A DNA stretch of 63,579 nt, counting the filler, from Octopus bimaculoides (lineage: Eukaryota), in NCBI RefSeq assembly GCF_001194135.2. It is 4 parts of 4 records of this genome, joined end to end, with 100 filler letters (N's around TTAATTAATTAA, not from the genome) between each part and the next. Parts side by side here need not be neighbours in the genome. Positions count along the whole stretch, not along the records: positions 1 to 20,422 come from NC_068981.1; positions 20,523 to 36,591 come from NC_068987.1; 2 more parts are not named here. The stretch is one strand, 5' to 3'. The notes under the pieces were generated by a model. That model was not told the origin of the DNA. It saw only the letters and a program-made list of their open reading frames with translations, and searched no databases. A program made the translations under genes and the position numbers. Below are positions 10,682-22,785 of the stretch, in pieces; position 1 is the stretch's first letter, and the number at the start of each line of letters is the position of its first letter.

Positions 10682-11804
10682 NNNNNNNNNNNNNNNNNNN
10701 NNNNNNNNNNNNNNNNNNNNNNNNNNNNNNNNNNNNNNNNNNNNNNNNNNNNNNNNNNNNNNNNNNNNNNNNNNNNNNNNNNNNNNNNNNNNNNNNNNNN
10801 NNNNNNNNNNNNNNNNNNNNNNNNNNNNNNNNNNNNNNNNNNNNNNNNNNNNNNNNNNNNNNNNNNNNNNNNNNNNNNNNNNNNNNNNNNNNNNNNNNNN
10901 NNNNNNNNNNNNNNNNNNNNNNNNNNNNNNNNNNNNNNNNNNNNNNNNNNNNNNNNNNNNNNNNNNNNNNNNNNNNNNNNNNNNNNNNNNNNNNNNNNNN
11001 NNNNNNNNNNNNNNNNNNNNNNNNNNNNNNTATATATATATATATATATATATCTAGACTAGACTAGACTACCTGTGACCCGTTATACTCACAGCTACCC
11101 ACATACATAATTTTACAGTTTTGCTTCTTTGGGAAAGTATGTACTGAGGATCTGGATTTTATTCTCGCAGATTGTTGCTTCTTGTTTAGGCGCCTTCTAA
11201 CCTCTGTATCTGCCATCAGCAACTGCAGAACATTATCATACAGACCAACAATGCAAGGGAGTTGGGCAACTACATTTCAATTTTCATTACGTCTTTATCT
11301 AATGTATGACCAAATTATCGTGTAATACGACGGCATGCTTTTTCTTGACCTTGCAATGTCTCACGGGGTGTTGTTGTTGTTCGGCCCAGGATCAAAAGCT
11401 TTCCAGCCGTAAACAGTTTACCTTGTCTTCAATAGTAGTTAAGAAAGATTTGGGCTAGGGTTATTCATTGTATCCTTTTTTCATCTGAGAGTCCGAAGTC
11501 AAAAGATTTTGATAATTGTCCAGAATCTAGGACGTGATTTTTTTTCAAAATAATAAAATCTTGGTAAGTGATATACAAGATCAAATTCCCCTCAATACAT
11601 GATGATTGATCTTCGTTTTGTTTTATTTTACTTTTTGTTTTGATTTTCTTTTTTTCTTTCTTCCTTCTTTTTATAAAGAAATATTATTAACGATTAGTGA
11701 TGAAAATATTTCCTTGTGTATCCTTGTCCAGTTCCTGGAAGAATCACTTCACTCTAGTTTCGTTAATAATTCTTCCTAACTTTTTGAGAGAAGGCCAGCA
11801 ATTT

Positions 11805-11930
11805 TGAGGTGAGGTTGCTAGTTTATTATACTGACCGCCAGTACTCAACTGGCATTTATTTTACCGACCTTGAAAGAATGAAAAAATCTAAGTTAACCTC
11901 AGTTGTATTTGAGCTCAGAACGCAAGGCCG
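11805..11930 (-). mobile_element. SINE family C, degenerate
   Basis: ccagtactcaactggcatttattttaccgaccttgaaagaatgaaa...atttgagctcagaacg resembles the reverse-strand family C body. Confidence 0.6.
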
Positions 11931-12322
11931 AAAAAAAAAAATTGTCAACATCTTGTCTAGTGTGCTAAAGACTTTTCCAGCTCCTCTCTCTCGTTAATAA
12001 TTAACGTGAGATTAGGGACGGATCTGGAGTTAATCAAGGAAAATAACGACGATTAGCGTGGGAAAAGCATACATCATTGTCAATAGGTTTCACTTGTTAA
12101 AGCGACGATAATTAGCCGTTCTTGGGTATTAGTGCTTGAAGGAACTTGACTCAATTCATTATACCGCGTGTGAAAAACAAATATTGACGGATTTGTTTGA
12201 GGAGAATATGAAGAGCTTGTTACAAGCAGACACCACCGACGCATTATAAGACAGGAAGGGATCAATCATAGGGTGACAGATCGATGAAAAGAAAACATGA
12301 TCTCAAACTTTCACTTTCTCAC

Positions 12323-12325
<3 letters not shown>

Positions 12326-12393
<68 letters not shown>

Positions 12394-12403
12394 NNNNNNN
12401 NNN

Positions 12404-12440
<37 letters not shown>

Positions 12441-12446
12441 CATCCA

Positions 12447-12478
<32 letters not shown>
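12326..12478. repeat. Compound (CT)n/(CTAT)n/(CTGT)n microsatellite
   Basis: Read directly; contains a 10-N gap. Confidence 0.95.
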
Positions 12479-12479
<1 letters not shown>

Positions 12480-12779
12480 TTTGCTAACTGCGTATATAGG
12501 TGTAAATGGTCGATCTCTAAATTGTATGTGTTTTTACATGTATATATATATAAAGAGAGAAATTTATATATATATATAATACAAACACACACATATACAT
12601 AATATATTACACACACACACACACACATATATATACGCACTCACCCATACCAACCACATGTATATGTGTGCTTGCGGGTTGGAAATGTGCGCGAGTATAT
12701 ATATTTATGCATATATGTATGTAGATAAACAGATATATACTTATGTATAAACAAATACACAGACACACATATACTGTGC

Positions 12780-12838
<59 letters not shown>

Positions 12839-13086
12839 AACATACATATGTGTGTGTATAATGTTTAAATAGATAACAGGTTTTCTTTCAAACAGGTTAT
12901 ATAAAATACAAGTCTATGTTAGAGTTTTTTTTTTTACTTTTTTTACTTCTTTTTTAGGAATTTTTCATATTTCCTGATTAGTCCTTTATGACTAGTAATG
13001 ACGTAATGATAAAAATAGCGTGTTGGTTGCGCATTTTACGAGAGGTCGCAAAGTATCATGGGAATTGTGCTACAAAGTAAGGAACT

Positions 13087-13700
13087 ACTAGAGTAAGTCA
13101 AAAATTATACGCACTCTTGTTTCTGTAATTCGGTGAAACAAAAGCAGAGGTTGAAGAATTACATCATTTTCGCCACAGCCTCTTTGATTTTTGATGCACT
13201 TCTTCCGGCGGTGCACAAACTTGCTTATTCCATCGGAGAAGTTTTCCGGTTGGTCGCGTGGCCCTTTATGGACCGCTTCCCGCGCTTCTTCGCCCATAGC
13301 AAATCGACGACTTCGTAAAGGATGTTTGAAGGGTCCAAAGAAGTGATAGTCGGAAGGGTCAAGCTCTGGACTGTACGCATAGTGCTCCAGCAACTTGAAA
13401 CCCAATTTTTCTATGGTTTCAACGGTTTCTCGAGTCTGTTGAATTTTTACGTCAGTAGTAGTGGTGTGGAGGTGATGCTCACGCTTTGTGCTTTGCGCTC
13501 GTCCAGCCATTTTAAAACTTTTCGTTCTATCTATACCCACTTCTACGCCGTTGAGCGCTGTCCATGTATTGTACTGAAAATCTGCAATGAATTTTAGCTC
13601 TTGACACACCTTCAGAACAGAGAAATCGGATTAGTGTTCTCTGTTCTTCCTTGGTGCACACTGCCAGTGGAGCAGCCACGTTTACTCAGTAACACAAGAA
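13087..13700 (-). mobile_element. Mariner transposon relic, internally deleted, with one TIR
   Basis: ORF 13088-13609 contains LGFKLLEHYAYSPELDPSDYHFFGPFK..GISKFVHRRKKCI, matching the mariner YSPDLAPSDYHLF motif. TIR-like tactagagtaagtcaaaaattatacgca at about 13087. Confidence 0.88.
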
Positions 13701-14514
13701 AAGAAAAATGGAGCAATCAACGTCAAACCTCTTTTACGTAACCGCATAGTCGACAGTCTTTCAACCAACAACCTTGTAACAGAAAATATAAACGCAATCT
13801 TGCATTACATGCGAAAACATTATATAATAGAACCACCTGTTATATCAAGAAACACCCTTAAAAGGTTTCTGTTGGACAGCAAAAGTGAACTCACTATCCA
13901 CAAGGTAATCTATACATCCGATATGGTACATTGGCTACAGGTTCTCCACTCTAACCAATTTTCAGGACTGTTTATCGCTAATATGGGAAACGAAATTGTT
14001 CTCAAACATAAAGACGCTATCTAAACTTGGCATAATGATAATACAGGTACAAGTTGAAGATCTCAAGATTAAACTTGGTCCTTACATTAACAATTAAATA
14101 TACTATCAGCATAAATTCAAACCATAACACCACCTCATTCTAAGATATAAACGTAGGAATATGTAACAATACTTATAACATCGCAGTATACACAATATAA
14201 ACAAGTTATTCAAAATCTCTTTGATGAATTGTCAAACTTTCATTGACCAAAATAGACAAAAGACATTGTTTATAAACCCATATTTTACTAGAATACACCG
14301 ATTTGCATATATAACGTATTCTTAGCACGTAATTCGATTAATAATTTAATGGTAACTTTAATTAATCAATTACTGTATAGCATGTAGCATTGAGTCGTTG
14401 TCAGATGCGTTTTCTTTCCTCTGGCCTCCTAAGTTAACAGCAGGAGGAACAAGAATTCAATGAATATTCAAATATCTGAAAAATTCAAAAGCTAGAATCC
14501 TTTGTAAGATATAG

Positions 14515-14890
14515 TTGTGTGGTTGAGAAGCTCATTTTGAAACCACGTAGTTTCGGGTTCAGTTCCACTGCACAGCACCTTGGGCAAGTGTTTTCCACTA
14601 TAGCCTCGGGCTGACCAATGCCTTGTGGTAGACAAAAATTTACAGGAACCCATTCTATGAGTGAATGTCTTTGTGTTTGTGTTTGTTCACCACTACTCCG
14701 TCACCCCCCCCCGTTACTAGTTGACATCCGCTGTTGATTTGTTTAAGTCCTCGTAGCTTAGCAAAGGAGATTGATGGAATAAGTACCAGACTTTTAGCAA
14801 ACATTGTACTAGGGGTCGATTTGTCCGACTGAACTCTTCAAGGTGTTATCCTAGCATGGTCGAATTCCAATGACTGAAACAAGTAAACGC
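14515..14890 (+). mobile_element. SINE family B, diverged
   Basis: gggttcagttccactgcacagcaccttgggcaagtg...aatgactgaaacaagtaaa matches the family B head and tail. Confidence 0.8.
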
Positions 14891-14944
14891 TGAGATAAAA
14901 AAAAAAAAAAGAAGCAAGCAATAGTTCAGTCTCTGAATACTCGA

Positions 14945-15790
14945 ACATTCTTTTCTACTCGAGGCACAAAGCCCGAAATTTTGGGGGAGGGGGCCAGTCG
15001 ATTAGACAGACACCAGTACTTGACTTATCGACCCCGAAAGGTAAAGTCGACCTGGGAGGAATTTGAACTCAGAACGTAACAGCAGACGAAATACCTATTT
15101 CTTTACTGCCCACAAGGGGCTACACACAGAGGGGACAAACAAGGACAGACAAACACGGATTAAGTCGATTATATCGACCCCAGTGCGTAACTGGTACTTA
15201 TTTAATCGACCCCGAAAGGATGAAAGGCAAAGTCGACCTCGGCGAAATTTGAACTCAGAACGTAGCGGCAGACGAAATACCGCTAAGCATTTCGCCCGGC
15301 GTACTAACGTTTCTTATTTNNNNNNNNNNNNNNNNNNNNNNNNNNNNNNNNNNNNNNNNNNNNNNNNNNNNNNNNNNNNNNNNNNNNNNNNNNNNNNNNN
15401 NNNNNNNNNNNNNNNNNNNNNNNNNNNNNNNNNNNNNNNNNNNNNNNNNNNNNNNNNNNNNNNNNNNNNNNNNNNNNNNNNNNNNNNNNNNNNNNNNNNN
15501 NNNNNNNNNNNNNNNNNNNNNNNNNNNNNNNNNNNNNNNNNNNNNNNGCTAACGTTTCTTATTTCTTTACTGCTCACAAGGGACTACACACAGAGGGGAC
15601 AAACAAGGACAGACAAACGGATTAATTCGATTATATCGACCCCAGTGCGTAACTGGTACTTATTTAGTCGACCCCGAAAGGATGAAAGGCAAAGTCGACC
15701 TCGGCGGAATTTGAACTCAACGTAGCGGCAGACAAAATGCGGCTAAGCATTTCGCCCGGCGTGCTAACGCTTCTGCCAGCTCACCACCTT
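14945..15790 (-). mobile_element. Tandem multimer of SINE family C (at least 3 units, ~220 bp period)
   Basis: Near-identical units at 15088-15310 and 15556-15775 flank a 228-N gap; a terminal unit with a different 3' end lies at 14945-15087. Confidence 0.85.
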
Positions 15791-16170
15791 ATGAATACTT
15801 GAATATTGAATACTCAACTAGCTATTCTCGTTCACTTCATTCATTCTAACCAATAATTTTGAACGAATTTATTTTACAAAAATCAATGAGAAATATGAAT
15901 TGTATGATGATTCTCAGCAAATGTTACAAGCCATAAACAATTACAATACATAAATAATCTACATTTTTACAAAAAACTAGCCTAGCAAGAATCATTCACT
16001 AAAGTACATTTTATTAACACCTCGACTGAGTTTTATCAATGTTTGATTGATATTCTATGCAGCATCAAAATAACTCTTCGCTTCCATCTGAAATTCGCCT
16101 TATATCTGCAAAAATACATTTGTTCAGTGAGTGTGATTGTGAGGAAGCTTCCTGGTTGTATCTCACAATG

Positions 16171-16433
16171 TGGAGGCGCAATGGCCCAGTGGTTAGGGCA
16201 GCGGACTCGCGGTCATAGGATCGCGGTTTCGATTCCCAGACCGGGCGTTGTGAGTGTTTATTGAGCGAAAACACCTAAAGCTCCACGAGGCTCCGGCAGC
16301 GGATGGTGGCGAACCCTGCTGTACTCTTTCACCACAACTTTCTCTCACTCTTTCTTCTTGTTTCTGTTGTGCCTGTATTTCAAAGGAGCCAGCCTTGTCA
16401 CACTGTGTCACGCTGAATATCCCCGAGAACTAC
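16171..16433 (+). mobile_element. SINE family D, truncated by a gap
   Basis: Head tggaggcgcaatggcccagtggttagggcagcggactcg with B box ggtttcgattccc; body matches 9420-9811. Confidence 0.9.
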
Positions 16434-16929
16434 NNNNNNNNNNNNNNNNNNNNNNNNNNNNNNNNNNNNNNNNNNNNNNNNNNNNNNNNNNNNNNNNNNN
16501 NNNNNNNNNNNNNNNNNNNNNNNNNNNNNNNNNNNNNNNNNNNNNNNNNNNNNNNNNNNNNNNNNNNNNNNNNNNNNNNNNNNNNNNNNNNNNNNNNNNN
16601 NNNNNNNNNNNNNNNNNNNNNNNNNNNNNNNNNNNNNNNNNNNNNNNNNNNNNNNAAGCAACTCTGGGATGATTCCTTGGCTTCGAACAAATTTAATAAA
16701 CAGATTTAAAATATGCATGTATGCATTTATAATTTATATACGTGTTTATGTATGTACATACACACACACATACACGCGTAAACATAGACACCCTTACGCA
16801 CACATGCACACACCAGTACACACGCAAGCTCACACACGTGTGAATACGTATATAAGTTATTCAAATCTTATTCCGTTAGATAAGTGCAATGTTACGAAAC
16901 TCAATTCCCGCGAGCTTCAAGACAATTCA

Positions 16930-16963
<34 letters not shown>

Positions 16964-17164
16964 TGTTGTTGTTGTAGTAGTAGTAGCTGTATAAACATCT
17001 ATATACAACTGTATATATATGCAAATAGGTAGCTGTATATACATATAGTCTATGTGCATACATATATGCGTATATACTATATATGTGTGTATGTTTGTGT
17101 GTGTGTATGTCTGTGTGTGTGTGTGCGTGTGTGTGTGTGCGTGTGCGTGCGTGCGTGTAGTTGT

Positions 17165-17335
17165 TAAGGCAACGAGCTGGCAGAATCGTTAGAGCGTCGA
17201 ACAAAATGCTTGGCGGCATTTCGACCGTCTTTACGTTCAGAGTTCAAATGTCACCGAGGTCAACTTTGCCTTTCATCTTTTCAGGGTCGATAAAGTAAGT
17301 ACCAGCTCTAAAATTGCTGGCGTTCTGCCAAAATA
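17165..17335 (+). mobile_element. SINE family C
   Basis: ggcaacgagctggcagaatcgttagagcgtcg...ttcagagttcaaat...gtcgataaagtaagtaccag. Confidence 0.85.
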
Positions 17336-17459
17336 TGAAACTATATGTATGTAGTAGTATGTATATATGTGTATATATAGGCATATGCATATGTATATAT
17401 GTATAAATATATACATATACATACATATACATACATATACATATACATATCAATATGTG

Positions 17460-17666
17460 ACCGCGTGTGTATCTTTGGTGATTTTCTTTCTCCGTCTTCC
17501 CTTCTTTGAACTTTTTCTATATTTCTGATGAAGAGCTCCGCTCGAAACGTGAAATCCTCTTTCTTTTCTATCCTTTCCTGAGCGTCCAATAACACTACTT
17601 TTTTCACATCCTCGCGTTGTTGTTTTTTTTGTGTTTTTCTTGCTTGTTCATGCTTTGATTGACTGC
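17460..17666 (+). mobile_element. pLTR-like module (family F) with an HHR motif at 17521-17555
   Basis: ATTT CTGATGA A GAGC-TCC-GCTC GAAAC GT G AAAT. Homologous to 59777-59925 and flanked by TA-rich microsatellites. The cleavage triplet is GUG, predicted inactive. Confidence 0.75.
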
Positions 17667-18267
17667 ATATATATATATATATATATANNNNNNNNNNNNN
17701 NNNNNNNNNNNNNNNNNNNNNNNNNNNNNNNNNNNNNNNNNNNNNNNNNNNNNNNNNNNNNNNNNNNNNNNNNNNNNNNNNNNNNNNNNNNNNNNNNNNN
17801 NNNNNNNNNNNNNNNNNNNNNNNNNNNNNNNNNNNNNNNNNNNNNNNNNNNNNNNNNNNNNNNNNNNNNNNNNNNNNNNNNNNNNNNNNNNNNNNNNNNN
17901 NNNNNNNNNNNNNNNNNNNNNNNNNNNNNNNNNNNNNNNNNNNNNNNNNNNNNNNNNNNNNNNNNNNNNNNNNNNNNNNNNNNNNNNNNNNNNNNNNNNN
18001 NNNNNNNNNNNNNNNNNNNNNNNNNNNNNNNNNNNNNNNNNNNNNNNNNNNNNNNNNNNNNNNNNNNNNNNNNNNNNNNNNNNNNNNNNNNNNNNNNNNN
18101 NNNNNNNNNNNNNNNNNNNNNNNNNNNNNNNNNNNNNNNNNNNNNNNNNNNNNNNNNNNNNNNNNNNNNNNNNNNNNNNNNNNNNNNNNNNNNNNNNNNN
18201 NNNNNNNNNNNNNNNNNNNNNNNNNNNNNNNNNNNNNNNNNNNNNNNNNNNNNNNNNNNNNNNNNNN

Positions 18268-18323
<56 letters not shown>

Positions 18324-18325
<2 letters not shown>

Positions 18326-18480
18326 CTGGCTTCTTTCAGTTTCCGTCTACCAAATTGACTCACAAGCCTTTGGTCGGCCTGAGGCTATAGTAGAAGTCAT
18401 CTGTCCAAAGTGTCTCGTAGAAGAACTGAAATCGAAACTATTTGGTTCGGAAACAAACTTCTTGGCACACAACCACGAAC
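18324..18480 (-). mobile_element. SINE family B, 5' half, adjacent to its expanded (TG)n tract
   Basis: ctggcttctttcagtttccgtctaccaaattgactcacaagcctttggtcggcctgaggctatagtagaag is the reverse complement of the family B body. Confidence 0.8.
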
Positions 18481-19645
18481 GAGATAATCGAACAGATCGA
18501 AGTATTGAGTTTGTTTCGTATTGCAAAGTTGATAGGAAATATTGATAAAACTCAGTAGAGGAGTTAATATGTACTTTAATGAATATTTCTTGCTAAGTCA
18601 GTTTTTAGAATCTATGTTCACAGTAATAATTTATAAATTGTAACTTCTGCTGAGAATCATCACACAACAGTTCTTTGTCATTAATTTTTGTATAATAAAT
18701 TCATTCAAAGTTATCGATTAGAATATGCAAACTAAGCGAGAACAGATATTTGAATATTCAGCATCGAATATTCAGAAATGAGGCTATTGCTTACTTACAG
18801 AGAAGTCTAGATTTTCAAAGTTTCAGTTGAATATATTAAAATTTTAATTGTATTCCTGATACTTCCCTCATTGGTTGAGGGGAAGTAGAGAAAAGCAAAC
18901 GCATCTGGCACCCACGGAACAATGGTTACTGCATAGTAATTTATTAATGGGACTAGCTACCAAAAAGGTGTTATAGTTATATGCAAATTGGTCCATTCAA
19001 TTTACTGAGGTTGATTTATGAATCAGTGTCTCTGTGGATAGTTAAAGAAGGCGTTCAACCTCTATGCCCAGGAGTAGTTTCTTCTGGAAAGCATCATCGC
19101 CATCAGATTTTACGAGCATTTTGGAGTAAATGTCCTTGTTGACTTCAGGCCTGAATTGGGTCGTCTCCCATCACGGCATAGTGTTTCAGTCGCCTTTGGT
19201 TTGCAACATGTTAGACCTCATGACCTTCTTGATTCACAATATATATATATATGTAAAGAATAAAAAGTTTTGAATGGTACAACAATGCACTGTAATACAA
19301 AACATGGACTATATTCCTGTTGTAAATTTAGTTATCCATAGTCCGATGATATTTCGGAATACAATTCCTTCTTCAGATATTCTTAGATGGCGACTCCATC
19401 ATNNNNNNNNNNNNNNNNNNNNNNNNNNNNNNNNNNNNNNNNNNNNNNNNNNNNNNNNNNNNNNNNNNNNNNNNNNNNNNNNNNNNNNNNNNNNNNNNNN
19501 NNNNNNNNNNNNNNNNNNNNNNNNNNNNNNNNNNNNNNNNNNNNNNNNNNNNNNNNNNNNNNNNNNNNNNNNNNNNNNNNNNNNNNNNNNNNNNNNNNNN
19601 NNNNNNNNNNNNNNNNNNNNNNNNNNNNNNNNNNNNNNNNNNNNN

Positions 19646-19685
19646 ACGTACTCGAGTTTCAGGGTTATTTCCCTTCTTCAGCGTA
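19646..19685 (-). ncRNA. Intact minimal type-I hammerhead ribozyme motif
   Basis: Minus strand reads TACG CTGAAGA AGGG-AAATAA-CCCT GAAAC TCGA GT A CGT: complete core, 4-bp stem II, palindromic stem III (ACTCGAGT), GUA site and stem I pairing. Confidence 0.85.
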
Positions 19686-19850
19686 CCTGAATAACCCTGA
19701 AACTCGAGTACGTACGTATCGTAGATCAAGATGGGAAGGATAACTTCCCTTGGCAAATACAGACAGGACACAGAAGTGTGTCGATAGCCAGTTGGAGGAG
19801 ATGTCCTCCTGGGGCTAAAAGCAACAGTAACATTCATATATATATATATA
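19686..19850 (+). mobile_element. Inverted partner copy of the HHR module (9-nt core deletion) plus downstream pLTR-like sequence
   Basis: CTGA[AGAAGGGAA deleted]ATAACCCT GAAAC TCGA GTA CGTA. 19690-19713 is a perfect 24-bp reverse complement of 19646-19669; the unit ends at (TA)n. Confidence 0.75.
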
Positions 19851-19851
19851 T

Positions 19852-20340
19852 ATGGGCACAGGACGTCACGAAATGTGTACAACGACAACAAAAATACGAA
19901 GCACGAGAACATGGAAAATGAACTATTCTTTCGAACAACGAAAGACACAAATGGAACACGCATCCTCTTCCAAGTACGTTTTATCTGTCTATATATATAT
20001 GGCTTAATAGCCCACACCGTTTGTTTTTGCTATTTTGTTCTTACTCTCCTGTTCTTGTTACCACTTTCACCCAACGCAAAAAATCCTAAATTTTATTTAA
20101 TTTGCTTTGCGAGAAGGACTGTTTTAATGAAGTCGCGTCTTGTCTCTACCTTCGAAACGCGGAGTAGATAAAACAGGGGACAACTGATGAAAGGAATGTT
20201 CTTTATGTTGCCTGTCTCGTTTCTCTATTTGTTTCTTTCGTTGTTCGAAAAAACAGTTCATTTTCCATGATTTTGTCTTTTATGTTCTCGTTTCTCATTT
20301 TGTTCACGTTTTGTTTTGACGTCCTGTACCCATGTATGCA
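19852..20340. mobile_element. Divergent inverted repeat element between two (TA)n tracts
   Basis: gggcacaggacgtca...catggaaaatgaactattctttcgaacaacgaaagacacaaat (about 19855-19950) is the imperfect reverse complement of about 20225-20330. Degenerate HHR-like words at about 20126-20160 and 20184. Confidence 0.7.
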
Positions 20341-20422
20341 TGTATATATGCATATATATGTAGGCATGTACATGTATGTATATATATGCATATATATATA
20401 TTATATATATATATATATATAT

Positions 20423-20522
20423 NNNNNNNNNNNNNNNNNNNNNNNNNNNNNNNNNNNNNNNNNNNNTTAATTAATTAANNNNNNNNNNNNNNNNNNNNNN
20501 NNNNNNNNNNNNNNNNNNNNNN
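20423..20522. other. Artificial 100-bp scaffold spacer N44-TTAATTAATTAA-N44
   Basis: Identical layout at 36592-36691 and 39958-40057; the 12-mer gives stops in all six frames. Confidence 0.9.
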
Positions 20523-20567
<45 letters not shown>

Positions 20568-21454
20568 ACTTATGAACATAAATCCATATATATGTGTGCA
20601 TGTGTGTGTGTATTGAGGTCTGTATGTGTGTTTACATGTATGTATTTCTGAGTATCTCTTTGCGCATGTAGTCGTTTGCGTAGTTGTTTTGTGTGTGCGC
20701 GTGCGTGTGTATGTACGTATGTATGTATGTATGTATGTATGTATATATACATGTATGTATGATTGCGCTCACGCGAGCGTTTCAACAGATGTCTCAGATA
20801 GAATCTGAAAATATGTTTTCATTCCTTTTGTCACTTGGCTGATAGCAACAAAGGCGTCAGTAGTGTGCTGATGTGATGTGATGTTGTTATGTTGCCTTCA
20901 ACACCCCTACTTTCTTCTCACCATCATTGTCAGCTAATCCTATTGTTTTCATTTCCTATGTGTTTTCTGATATGCACACGTGTGTGTGTTTTCTTTTTCA
21001 TCTCCTACTGGGTCGTGGTGCTAAATTTTACTGTAGTTGTAGTTGTTGTTGCTGTTTTATAGCTTTTTTTTTTTTTTGTAGTGTTTAACGACAGACATTC
21101 TGTTGAAACCCACAAACAAAAAAATGCTTACAGTTATGCGTTATGTTGAATGTTTGAAGACCGTTTTGGGGCCCTGTTCTCGTTTCGTTTCTAAAATACT
21201 ATATAACAGCACGTTTGTGCTTTTAACATTCTACGTTATATTAAAGTTCTTTAAAAAGTCACACAAAGCTAGCTGTTGTTTAGTCCCAAGCGAGCTCTGA
21301 ATCAGTAAGCATACATGATCAAACACATTCCCGTTATGTCCAAGTTACTCTTATCTAGCAATTCAAAATGGTTGCCAGATAAACGCGTTCAGTATCTTTA
21401 TATATTTTTTGTTTCCCATTCATTTTATGTTGATTTTTCATCTACAATTTTAAC

Positions 21455-22010
21455 AAATCATTCAGTAATGTACACTCTTTCATTGTTAACGACTTCTTGC
21501 CAACGCTCCACTATCTTGTCGGTGCCTGGACGATAGAAATTACCGAGCCTTGGCATAAAGGATTCACCGAGTCACGTTTTCAACTCCGTGTCGTTATTGA
21601 GCGAAACACCTCGCAGATTTTTGGAGAGTGACCAAAAAGAAGAAGTGATAATTTGAAGGTGCTATATCAGGAGAAAACGTGTGGTGTGGTAGAACTTGCC
21701 AACATAGCACTTCAATAGAATTTTTGGTCAAATTAACGACGGGAAGATGGGCGATGAAGAAGCACGCCGTGTCGCCGATTGAGTATGTAGAGCCTATGCC
21801 CCGTGAATTTAGACCTTAGCCATTGGGTGAAGGTGATTGAGCATCGTTATTTATTATGAGAGAGTCTCGTCTGCTGGTTCAATTTCCTGGTGGATTGACA
21901 CGGATACTCGTGAATTATCTTTTTCAGTTGATCCCCATTCAGCAGAACAGGTCGCCGGAACATTAAATCCCGAAGGTCGAATTTCCCCCACTCCCACCCC
22001 CACCCCGTTG
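21455..22010 (-). mobile_element. Mariner relic, internally deleted
   Basis: Minus strand gives GKFDLRD..RPVLLNGDQLKKIIHEYPCQSTRKL (HTH region), then PHHTFSPDIAPSNYHF and a terminal VERWQEVVNNERVYITE*. Confidence 0.82.
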
Positions 22011-22271
22011 AAGCGTGAAAACCATTTCTGTGTAGTTTTCCATTCATTTTCTTTTATTTTTTTTTTATTTTTCTTTGTCGNNNNNNNNNNNNNNNNNNNN
22101 NNNNNNNNNNGAGCAGTTTTGGCAGCATTGGAACATTGACTAAAGCGAATGAAGGGGGAGGGGTAGGAGGAAGGGAAGAAGAAGGAAAAGGAGAAGGAAA
22201 AGAAGGAAAAGAAGAAGGATGGGGGAGGAAGAAGACCAAATCTGTTTCAAGTCAAATAATAACAATCATTT

Positions 22272-22478
22272 CTACTGGAAGCACAAAGCCTCAAATTTAG
22301 GGGAGGGAATTAAGTCGATTGCATCGACCCCAGTGCGTAACTGGTACTTATTTAATCGACCCCGAAAACATGAAATGCAAAGTCGACCTCGGCGGAATTT
22401 GAACTCAGAACGTAACGGCAGACGAAATACCGCTAAGCATTTCATCCGGCGTGCTAACGTTTCTGCCAGCTCACCGCC
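22272..22478 (-). mobile_element. SINE family C, full length
   Basis: Reverse complement begins ggcggtgagctggcagaaacgttagcacgccgg and is nearly identical to the units at 15100-15780. Confidence 0.9.
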
Positions 22479-22785
22479 AGTTTTATCGCAGGTTTCTGCG
22501 GTCGATAGGTATTTAAATATCCTTTAATTTTAATTATTTCTGTAGGAAAATAAACGTTTTCACGCCTAAGAATTAGTAAATTAATAAATAAAAGTACAGT
22601 GCAGTATTGCACTGTACAACACATTAATTGGAATATATTAAAAGAAAACAAGTAGTGTACTGTAGATGAGTAAACAAAGAATCGCACGTACAATATGGAA
22701 AGCGAAACTCGGGAGGCGAGTGTGTGGTGTTGTTTTGCATTTATAATAAAATAAATATATTCAAATTATAGAAATAATTTTTAAA

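Noticed and set aside
13800-14024. ORF faintly like the post-RT region of Jockey/I LINEs; similar KYLGISL word near 25610
   Set aside because: Too little motif support to call; possibly very old LINE debris.
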